From Armatimonadota bacterium (GTDB lineage Bacteria; Armatimonadota; UBA10988), in contig JACRKZ010000138.1 in NCBI GenBank assembly GCA_016235455.1, forward strand, positions 1-64,000: a stretch of 64,000 nt of DNA. The letters run 5' to 3'. How positions within the stretch are numbered: the stretch's first letter is position 1; each line of letters starts with the position of its first letter. The translations under genes and the position numbers were made by a program. This document shows positions 22,273 through 30,251 of this stretch, piece after piece. The notes beneath the pieces are model-generated. The model did not search any database, was not told where the DNA came from, and saw nothing but the letters and a program-made list of their open reading frames with translations.

Positions 22273-25014
22273 TCACACGCCCTGGCCGCGCGACCGCCAC
22301 GATCTCGATTGCAGCGCCTTCTGCGCCTCCACCATGAGGCCTGCGGCGAGACTGACCACGAGCACCCACACCCACTCGATCTGGCCGACCGGAGCGGTCA
22401 GGAAGATGGTGTTCATGAGGGGCGCGTAGCTGAACAGGAGTTGCAGCGCGATCATGATCGCCACACCGACGAGCACGGACGGGTTGGAGGAGATGCCGAC
22501 GGCCCAGAGCGGACGGTGGAGCGACCGGCAGTTGAACAGGTAGGCGATCTCGATGCCGACGATGGCGTTGACCGCAAGCGTGCGGGCCACCGCTACGTCG
22601 CGGCCCGCATGGATGGCGACTTCATAGAGACCGAAGGCGCCGGTCAGCATCAGCACGCCCACCAGGGCCACGCGGGCCACCAGGTCGCGCGTCAGCAACG
22701 GCGCATCGGGCGCGCGCGGCGGGCGGCTCATCAGGCCCGGCTCGCGGGGCTCCAGGGCCAGCACCAGGCCCAGCACGCCGGCGGTCACCGTGTTGATCCA
22801 CAGGATCTGCACCGGTAGAATAGGCAGTGCGATGCCCAGCACGATGGCCAGCAAGAGGATCAGCCCCTGGCCCAGGTTGGTCGGCAAGGCCCAGACGATG
22901 ATCTTCATCAGGTTGTCGAAGACGCCCCGACCCTCCTCGACGGCGGCCTCGATGGTGGCGAAGTTGTCGTCGGTCAGCACCATGTCGGCAGCCTCCTTGG
23001 CCACCTCGGTGCCGGCGATGCCCATGGCGATACCGATATCGGCCTGCTTGAGCGCCGGGCCGTCGTTGACGCCGTCGCCCGTCATGGCAACGACATTGCC
23101 GCGCGCCTGAAGCGCCTCCACCAGGCGCAGCTTCTGCTCGGGCGAGACCCGCGCGAAGACGGCCACCTCAGCGGCGGCCTCGACCAACTGGGTGTCGCTC
23201 AGGGCCGCCAGCTGGTGGCCTGCCAGCACATGCGGCCGGGCCTCGGCCGGCACGTCCGGTGCCACTCCCAGCCCCACCTGAGCGGCGATGGCCGCGGCGG
23301 TGAGCGGATGGTCACCCGTGATCATCTTGACCTGAATGCCGGCTTCGCGGCAGGCACGCAGCGCCGCGATGACCTCCGCTCGCGGCGGGTCGATGATGGC
23401 CTGCACACCAAGGAACACGAGCCCGCTGGCCACGTCATCATGCGACAGTGTGGCAGTGCTCGGTGCAGCGGCCTTCCTGGCCAAGGCCAGCACCCGCAGT
23501 CCCTCAGCCGCCAGCTGGTCAGCCTCGGCCCGCACCTGCTCAGCGTTCAGGGCGTCCTCCACGCCGTTCTCACCAAGCGCTCGGTCGCAGCGCGCCAGCA
23601 CGACCTCCAGCGCGCCCTTGACATAGGCCACCCGGGTCCCCTGCTCGTCGGCGGTGTGCAGGGTGGCCATGTACTGATGCTGCGAGTCGAACGGGACAGC
23701 GTCAAGACGGGGCGACTCGCCGCGCAGCGACACGAGGTCCAGCCCCGCCTTGGCTGCCACCACCAGCAACGCTATCTCCGTCGGGTCGCCGTGTGCCTGC
23801 CATTGGCCCTCCTCGCGCACCAGCTCCGCATCGTTGCAGAGCAGCCCGGCCACGAGGCATTCCCGCAGCGCCGGGCCAAGGGTGTCGGTTGCCAGGACGC
23901 CGCTCTCATGGCGCAGGTCGCCGTTGGGCTCGTAACCAGCCCCGGTCACCCGGTATGGTCGCCCACCGGCGATGACCCGTTGCGTGGTCATCTGGTTCTG
24001 GGTCAGCGTGCCCGTCTTGTCGGAGCAGATGACGGTGGCGCCGCCCAGTGTCTCGACGGCGGGCAGACGACGAATGATGGCTCGGCGCCGCGCCATGCGG
24101 GCCACGCCGATGGCCAGCGTCACGGTCAGTGCTGCCGGCAGTCCCTCGGGGATCATAGCCACCGCCAGAGCCACTGCGGCGGTGAAGGTGTCCAGCGCGG
24201 GCTGGCCGCGCAGGAGACCGACCGCGAAAGTCAGGCCAGCGAGGGCCAGCACCGCGTAGAGGATCACGCGCGTGAAGGCCGCGATGCGCGCGGTCAGCGG
24301 CGTCTGCAGGTCTGCGGCGGCGGTGATCAACTGAGAGATGCGGCCGACCTCGGTGCCGTCACCCGTGGCCACCACGACGGCCAGCCCCTGGCCGTAGGTG
24401 ACCAGAGTCGAGGCATAGAGCATCGTTCTGCGCTCGGCCAGCGCGAGCTCGGCGGGCAGGCGATCCTCGCCATCCTTGGTGACCGGGGCGGACTCGCCGG
24501 TCAGCGCCGCCTCGGCCACTTGCAGGTCGCGCGACCGCACCAGGCGGAGGTCGGCCGGCACCTTGTCGCCGGCCTGGATCTCGACCACATCGCCCGGCAC
24601 CAACTCCGCCGCCGACAGGCGCAGGCGCTCGCCGGCTCGCAGCACGGTCGCCTCGGTAGTCATCGACTGCGCCAGGGCCTCGATGGCCTTCTCGGCCTTG
24701 GCCTCCTGCACGTAGCCGATGACCGCGTTGATGAGCACCACGGCCAGGATGATCACCGCGTCGACCGGGTCCTTGATGAGCGCCGTGATGGCACTGGAGC
24801 CCAGCAGCACGATGATGAGCGGGTTGCGGAACTGGGCCGCGAACCGCGTGAGCCGGCTGGGGCCGCGCCGCGGTGAGATCTCGTTGCGGCCGAAGTGCTG
24901 CTGGCGACGCCGCACCTCGAACTGGTCGAGCCCCGTCCCCGCGGTCGTGTCGAGCAGCTCGAGCACGGCCTCGGCCGACAGATGGTGCCAGTGCCGTTCC
25001 AGCAATGTCTGCAT
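22273..25014 (-). CDS. Cation-transporting P-type ATPase (type IIA, Ca2+-like)
   Basis: TGES, PEGLP, phosphorylation motif DKTGTLT, KGA, MITGD, TGDGVND. Confidence 0.95.
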   Translation of the reverse strand: MQTLLERHWHHLSAEAVLELLDTTAGTGLDQFEVRRRQQHFGRNEISPRRGPSRLTRFAAQFRNPLIIVLLGSSAITALIKDPVDAVIILAVVLINAVIGYVQEAKAEKAIEALAQSMTTEATVLRAGERLRLSAAELVPGDVVEIQAGDKVPADLRLVRSRDLQVAEAALTGESAPVTKDGEDRLPAELALAERRTMLYASTLVTYGQGLAVVVATGDGTEVGRISQLITAAADLQTPLTARIAAFTRVILYAVLALAGLTFAVGLLRGQPALDTFTAAVALAVAMIPEGLPAALTVTLAIGVARMARRRAIIRRLPAVETLGGATVICSDKTGTLTQNQMTTQRVIAGGRPYRVTGAGYEPNGDLRHESGVLATDTLGPALRECLVAGLLCNDAELVREEGQWQAHGDPTEIALLVVAAKAGLDLVSLRGESPRLDAVPFDSQHQYMATLHTADEQGTRVAYVKGALEVVLARCDRALGENGVEDALNAEQVRAEADQLAAEGLRVLALARKAAAPSTATLSHDDVASGLVFLGVQAIIDPPRAEVIAALRACREAGIQVKMITGDHPLTAAAIAAQVGLGVAPDVPAEARPHVLAGHQLAALSDTQLVEAAAEVAVFARVSPEQKLRLVEALQARGNVVAMTGDGVNDGPALKQADIGIAMGIAGTEVAKEAADMVLTDDNFATIEAAVEEGRGVFDNLMKIIVWALPTNLGQGLILLLAIVLGIALPILPVQILWINTVTAGVLGLVLALEPREPGLMSRPPRAPDAPLLTRDLVARVALVGVLMLTGAFGLYEVAIHAGRDVAVARTLAVNAIVGIEIAYLFNCRSLHRPLWAVGISSNPSVLVGVAIMIALQLLFSYAPLMNTIFLTAPVGQIEWVWVLVVSLAAGLMVEAQKALQSRSWRSRGQGV

Positions 25015-25059
25015 CGAGTGCCCTTTCGTCTGGCAAGGTAGACTTCGGGGGCGTGCGGA

Positions 25060-25632
25060 TTACACCGACCACGCGCTACTCCGCCGGGCCCAGGCGACCT
25101 CGATCGGCCCGTGCGGGTGTGGCCAGACGCCGCTCGCCAAGGTCAGTTGGTCGGTGCCGGCGCGACGCGGAACCGATCGAAGGTGCCCGGCCCGGGGAAG
25201 CTGACCCCCAGCCTGTAGCGCGACAGGTACCGGGTGGGCGCGGCCTACCAGGCATGGCAGCGGCTGGCGCCCTCGCTGTCCACGAAGTACACCCAGCAGG
25301 CCCAGGCGCCGGCGTCCGACATGCGGCCCCAGCCCAAGCGGATGAGTTCCAGTGCCGTCGGCCAGCCCTCGGGCCGTGTGCAGAGCGCGCCGAGTGCATC
25401 TCAAGCGAAGCACGAGGTGGTCCAGCAGCCGCAGTGTCGGCTTGCCGCCGCGCAACACCGCGCGGTCGGTGGCCAGTTCGCCCTTGGCGCCGGGGAACTC
25501 CCTGCCGTTGCCAAACTCCCTGCCCTGCGCGGGGTCGTCTGGCGCCACCACCGGCACGGGCTCCTGGGCCCAAGCGGCAACCGCCAGCAGCGACAGACAG
25601 AGCCAGAGAGCGAGCCGCGGTCGGCAGGTCAT
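25060..25632 (-). pseudogene. Chimeric remnant: N-terminus of a secreted protein joined to a decayed GH78 alpha-L-rhamnosidase C-terminus
   Basis: RBS, signal peptide and GREFPGAKG. A second frame reads ALELIRLGWGRMSDAGAWACWVYF...SRCHAW*AAPTRYLSRYRLGV..PGPG (TAG at 25247-45); a frameshift then gives LTLASGVWPHPHGPIEVAWAR. Confidence 0.65.
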
Positions 25633-25762
25633 GACCGTTCCCCTCAGTAACCGGAGGCCGAGTTCGTAGTTCGGCCTTCGGGCGGCCCTCCCAACGGCCA
25701 GGGCCATGGGGCACACCGCCTCAAAGCGGAGCTGCGACCCGGCCCTACGGGGCACTCGGCGG

Positions 25763-26746
25763 CTACGCCACTTCGACGCGCTCGATGCGGATCTTGGCGG
25801 GGTCGGCGATGCCCAGGCCCAGATCGGCGGCCAGCTTGATGTACGCCGGCGGCCGGCCGACGCGTGCCAGGGGCCGCAGCCCGGCTTCCTTGCGCAAGTC
25901 CTCGATCAACTGCGTGCCGACGGTGTCGTGCGCCACCGGGTCCAGCGCCAGCAGGATTAGGTCCAGGTCACGCCGTGCGTCGGGCTTGTTGGACGGTCCG
26001 CCATCGATGACGACCGTGGTCGCGTCGCAAACCACCAGCCGATGTTTGGTGCGCAGCGCGGGGATGCTGTTCAGGTCGGCGATGGCCTGGCAGATGCCGG
26101 GCCCGTGCAACTTCCAGGGCTCGTTGATCGAGCCGAAGTGGTTCTTCAGCGCGGCGGTGATACCCGCCAGGTTGTGGTCCTTGAGGATGGGCAGCGAGAC
26201 CAGCGCCGTGGCGTGGCTGGTGGTCAACGTACTGAGCTTCTGGGTCACCGTGCCCTGGATTGTCGGCTCGGCATCGTGGCCATAGCCGGCGGAGTTGGTG
26301 GCCACCACGCGGTAGCCCGCGGGGTTGGCGCCCACCAGGTAGCCGGCGCCCGACAACTCACGCTCCGAGCGCTCCCAGACCAGGCACTTGTCGCCCGGCA
26401 CGCCCGCGCTCATCACCCCGCGTGCGACGGCATCGGCCACGTCGGTACGGGTACTTATGGCCGAAGCCAGGCAGTTGACCTTCAGGGCCACGGTATCATC
26501 GGCCCGAAACAGCGACTTCCAGGCGTCGGCGCCGTCCTTGCCGGTCAGCTTGGCCAGGCCGGCAGCGACCATCTTGGCCACCTTCGCCGCGCGCTGGTCG
26601 ACGGCCAGCGCGGCCACGCCGGGGCAGTGCACGGCCACCACGACCGCCTCGTCGGCCGCGTCGGCACGGCCGGCCAGGCTCGCCGCGACGCTCGCGGCGG
26701 CCACGCCGGCCATGAATCCACGCCGGTCCACGGATTGCTGCACCAT
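25763..26746 (-). CDS. Tat-exported DUF362-domain protein
   Basis: GAGGAG RBS; DRRGFM; VALKVNC, LPILKDH...ITAALKNHFG, LDPVAHD. Confidence 0.85.
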   Translation of the reverse strand: MVQQSVDRRGFMAGVAAASVAASLAGRADAADEAVVVAVHCPGVAALAVDQRAAKVAKMVAAGLAKLTGKDGADAWKSLFRADDTVALKVNCLASAISTRTDVADAVARGVMSAGVPGDKCLVWERSERELSGAGYLVGANPAGYRVVATNSAGYGHDAEPTIQGTVTQKLSTLTTSHATALVSLPILKDHNLAGITAALKNHFGSINEPWKLHGPGICQAIADLNSIPALRTKHRLVVCDATTVVIDGGPSNKPDARRDLDLILLALDPVAHDTVGTQLIEDLRKEAGLRPLARVGRPPAYIKLAADLGLGIADPAKIRIERVEVA

Positions 26747-26765
26747 TTGCTGCTCTCCTCGTCTG

Positions 26766-27314
26766 CTACAAACCCAGCTTGGCGGCGATGGGTTCCATCG
26801 CCGCAATACAGAAAGCAATGTGCGCATCCAGGTCGACAGCCAGGTCGGCCGTGCCGTCGACGATGTCCTCGCGACTGACCGCCGCGGCGAAGGCCTTGTC
26901 CTTCAGCTTCTTGCGCACGCTCTTGGGCATCATGCCGCCCAACCGCTCGGGCCGCATGAGCGCCACGGCGGTGATGAACCCGGCCAACTCGTCACAGGCA
27001 AACAGCATCTTCTCCAACCGCGTCTCACGGCTCACGCCGGTGTGCCGCGCGTGCGACGCCACGGCCCGACAGATGACCTCGTCCACGCCCATGCCGCGCA
27101 GGATCTCGACGCCCTTCTGAGGGTGCTCGTCCAGCGTCGGATGCCGCTCCCAGTCGAAGTCGTGCAGCAGGCCGACCGTCTCCCACAGGTCTGCATCCTC
27201 GCCCTCGGCCACCGCCGCCGCGCGCAGACACGCCGCGACCGCCTCGCCGTGGCGGCGCAAGTTCTCGTTCTGGACCCATTCGTACATCAGGGCTCGGGCC
27301 TGGTCGGGGCTCAT
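26766..27314 (-). CDS. HDIG-family HD-domain hydrolase
   Basis: GGAG RBS; NLRRH, GLLHDFDWE, ASHA, DELAG, KKLKDKAFAAAVSRE. Confidence 0.85.
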   Translation of the reverse strand: MSPDQARALMYEWVQNENLRRHGEAVAACLRAAAVAEGEDADLWETVGLLHDFDWERHPTLDEHPQKGVEILRGMGVDEVICRAVASHARHTGVSRETRLEKMLFACDELAGFITAVALMRPERLGGMMPKSVRKKLKDKAFAAAVSREDIVDGTADLAVDLDAHIAFCIAAMEPIAAKLGL

Positions 27315-27416
27315 GCGTCGGTCTCCACGGGCCACATTGAACGTGGGTGGCGGAAGTCCTGCCCGGTGGCAGGAGAAGCCCTGACCCAACCGAACTACGC
27401 CCCGTGGAGATTCGCT

Positions 27417-30245
27417 ATGCGTCGGCATCTTCTGCTCGTGCTGCTGCTGGCCGGGTGCGCTGTGGGCCGCACCTTGACCTACACCGACCTGCTTGGCCAG
27501 ATGACCGACCTTGACCGGCTGACGCGGCTGCAGCCCGGCGTGAAGTCCGGCCAGTGCTCCTCGTGGGACCGCGCCGAGACCGAGCGCTGGGCGCCCAACG
27601 GCGATTGCGGACAGTACCTGCGCGTGGAACCCAACGGCGAAGCGGTCATGGCCGACCTCAAGGGTCCCGGCTGCGTGTTCCGCCTCTGGTCGGCCAACCC
27701 GCAAGGCAAGATCCGGTTCTACCTCGACGGCGCCGCCACCCCCAGCTATGAGTTCGACCACAACGAGCTGTACCAGGGCAAGACCGCCCCGTTCATCAAA
27801 CCGCTGGCCTGGCAGCGCGAGCCGGGCCGGGCCTCCGACCTCTACTTCCCCATTCCGTACCGCCACAGCCTGAAGATCACGGCCTCGGAAAAGATCAACC
27901 AGTACTACTGCGTCAACTACCAGACCTACCCCGAGGGCTGGCTGGTGCCGACCTTCCGCCTGCCGCTGAGCGCCGACGAGCAGCGTGCCGTGGACAAGGT
28001 GGCCCGAGCCTGGGCCGCGCCGGGCACCGACCCCAAGGCGCCACGCCGCGGTGCGCAGAGCAAGAGGCTGACCATCGAACTGCCGCCGGGACAGACCGCG
28101 CGGCTGGCCGAACTGGCCGGGCCCGGCGAGATCCGCGCGCTGCGCATCAAAGTCGACTGCGAGCAGCGCGACTGGCCGCGCAAGCTCGTGCTGCAGGGCA
28201 CCTGGGACGCCGCGCCGTGGCCGCAGGTGCTCAGCCCGATGGGCGCGTTCTTCGGCTTCGACTGGCAGGCGCCCGAGTACGGCGCGCTGCCCATGGGCTG
28301 CCTCGGCGGCGAGTCCTACTGCTTCTTCACCATGCCCTTTGGCAAGTCGGCCTCGCTGCGGCTGACCAGCCACCTGGCCAGGCCGGCGCTGATCACCTAC
28401 GAGGTGCTCTGGGCGCCACAGCCCATGGCCGACGACTCCTGCTACTTCTATGCTCGCTGGCGCCACGCCCGCAACGCGACGACCTTCGACTGGCCGTTCG
28501 TCGAGACCGCCGGCCACGGCACGCTGGTCGGCACGTCGCTCCAGATCAACCATCCCACCCCCGGCTGGTGGGGTGAAGGCGACGAGAAGGTCTGGGCCGA
28601 CGACGAGGACCAGTTCCCCCCATGGATCGGCACCGGCTCGGAGGACTACTTCGGCGATGCCTGGGGCATCCGCTACCTGCCCGGCCCGAGCTGGGGCTGC
28701 AGCCGGCAAGAAGGCAACCAGACCTGCTGCTATCGCTGGCACCTGCTGGACAACATTCCCTTTGCCAAGCGCCTGCGCATGACCATCGAGAACTACGGGC
28801 CCAACGGCCAGTGGGGCGGCCCCAGCGAGTACGAGTACAACAGCGTGGGCTACTGGTACCAGCAGGAGCTGGTGCCGCCGTTCGAGCAACTGCGCGACCG
28901 CACCTACATCGGCGGCGTCAAGCCCGGCGACAAGCCAAGCCCACAGGCCTACAACCCCGACCTGTTCCGCGCGCCGTCCGAGGACGACCTGCACTGTCTC
29001 GGCCTGGCCGAGCCCGGCTGCGTTGAAGCCGAGACACTGCTCAAACCCGCGGTCGATGCGGGGCGCGCCAGGATCATCAGCGACGTCGACCGCCCGCGGC
29101 CCTTCAACGTCGAGCAGGCGGTGGATTTCGGCACGGTCAAGGCCGGCGACGTGCTCGGCGAGTTCGGCCTCGACGTGCCGGCCGACGGCGTGTATCAGCC
29201 GACCGTTGTGGTGGGCGAAGAGACCACCGCCAGGCTCTGCCTGTCGACGCCCGACACGACTCCCGCTAGCGACGAGGCGCGCCCGCAGCCGTGGTTGCGC
29301 GTGCTGCCGCCGGTGTTGTTGACCAAGGGCAGCGCGAGCTTGCGCCTCACCGCGCTCACCGCCGGCCTCGCGGTCGTCGACGCGGTGCGCCTGGCGCCCG
29401 TGCCGCGCGAACTCGACGCCATGGAGGCCGAGGATCAGACCGTGGTCGCCAGCACCGGCGGCGGCGAGGCGCCGCGGCCCAGCCAGCCCATGCTCGGCCC
29501 CAGCGGCGGCCGCATCCTCGAATGGCACGGCGACCTCGGCGCGAGCCTGACGCTGCGCCTGGCCAAGCCGGCCGAGGAGGCCTACGTGCTGGGGGTCAAG
29601 CCCATGAGAGGGCCCGGCGCCGGCGTCTTGCAGGCCTTCGTCGGCGGCAAGGCCATCGGCCCGCGCTTCGACCTGTATGCACCCGAGAAGGGCGTTGGCC
29701 CGGCCGTCTTGCCGCTGGGTATGGTGCCCCGCGGTTGCGCCGAGGTCGAGTTGCGCCTGGTCGACAGGAATCCGGCGGCCACATCGGTCCACTGCGGGCT
29801 CGACTACTTCCGCTGGGAGCCCAAGATCCTGCATCCCGACAGCGCGCCCGGTCTGGTGGCCACGGTCACCGGGCTGCACGCCTGCCAGTACCGCATCCAG
29901 AACTTGGGTGACCGCTTCATCGGCAACCATCACCTGTGGTTGCAGCCGTGCGACAACAACGCCGTGCTGGAGATCGCCCTGGACGTGCCCGAGACTCGCG
30001 TCTACAAGCTCGCCCTCCGCCTGACCACCTCGTGGGACTATGCCAAGGTGCAGCCCTCGCTGGACAACAAAGACCTGGGCGAACCGGTTGACTGCTACAC
30101 GCTCACCGTCGAGCAGACTCCCGAGGTCGATCTGGGCAGCCACGAACTGACCGCCGGCCGGCACTACGTCAAGCTCAAGGCCGCCGGCCACAACGCCAAG
30201 TCGGCAGGCTACCTGATGGGCTTGGACTACCTGTCGGTCAAGTAG
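27417..30245 (+). CDS. Secreted DUF2961 (GH172-like) glycoside hydrolase with C-terminal beta-sandwich repeats
   Basis: GGAG RBS before ATG 27417; SSWDR, GPGCVFRLW, WWGEGDEK, GTGSEDYF, YRWHLLDNIPF; repeated GLDY-ending modules. Confidence 0.8.
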   Translation: MRRHLLLVLLLAGCAVGRTLTYTDLLGQMTDLDRLTRLQPGVKSGQCSSWDRAETERWAPNGDCGQYLRVEPNGEAVMADLKGPGCVFRLWSANPQGKIRFYLDGAATPSYEFDHNELYQGKTAPFIKPLAWQREPGRASDLYFPIPYRHSLKITASEKINQYYCVNYQTYPEGWLVPTFRLPLSADEQRAVDKVARAWAAPGTDPKAPRRGAQSKRLTIELPPGQTARLAELAGPGEIRALRIKVDCEQRDWPRKLVLQGTWDAAPWPQVLSPMGAFFGFDWQAPEYGALPMGCLGGESYCFFTMPFGKSASLRLTSHLARPALITYEVLWAPQPMADDSCYFYARWRHARNATTFDWPFVETAGHGTLVGTSLQINHPTPGWWGEGDEKVWADDEDQFPPWIGTGSEDYFGDAWGIRYLPGPSWGCSRQEGNQTCCYRWHLLDNIPFAKRLRMTIENYGPNGQWGGPSEYEYNSVGYWYQQELVPPFEQLRDRTYIGGVKPGDKPSPQAYNPDLFRAPSEDDLHCLGLAEPGCVEAETLLKPAVDAGRARIISDVDRPRPFNVEQAVDFGTVKAGDVLGEFGLDVPADGVYQPTVVVGEETTARLCLSTPDTTPASDEARPQPWLRVLPPVLLTKGSASLRLTALTAGLAVVDAVRLAPVPRELDAMEAEDQTVVASTGGGEAPRPSQPMLGPSGGRILEWHGDLGASLTLRLAKPAEEAYVLGVKPMRGPGAGVLQAFVGGKAIGPRFDLYAPEKGVGPAVLPLGMVPRGCAEVELRLVDRNPAATSVHCGLDYFRWEPKILHPDSAPGLVATVTGLHACQYRIQNLGDRFIGNHHLWLQPCDNNAVLEIALDVPETRVYKLALRLTTSWDYAKVQPSLDNKDLGEPVDCYTLTVEQTPEVDLGSHELTAGRHYVKLKAAGHNAKSAGYLMGLDYLSVK

Positions 30246-30251
30246 GCTGCG

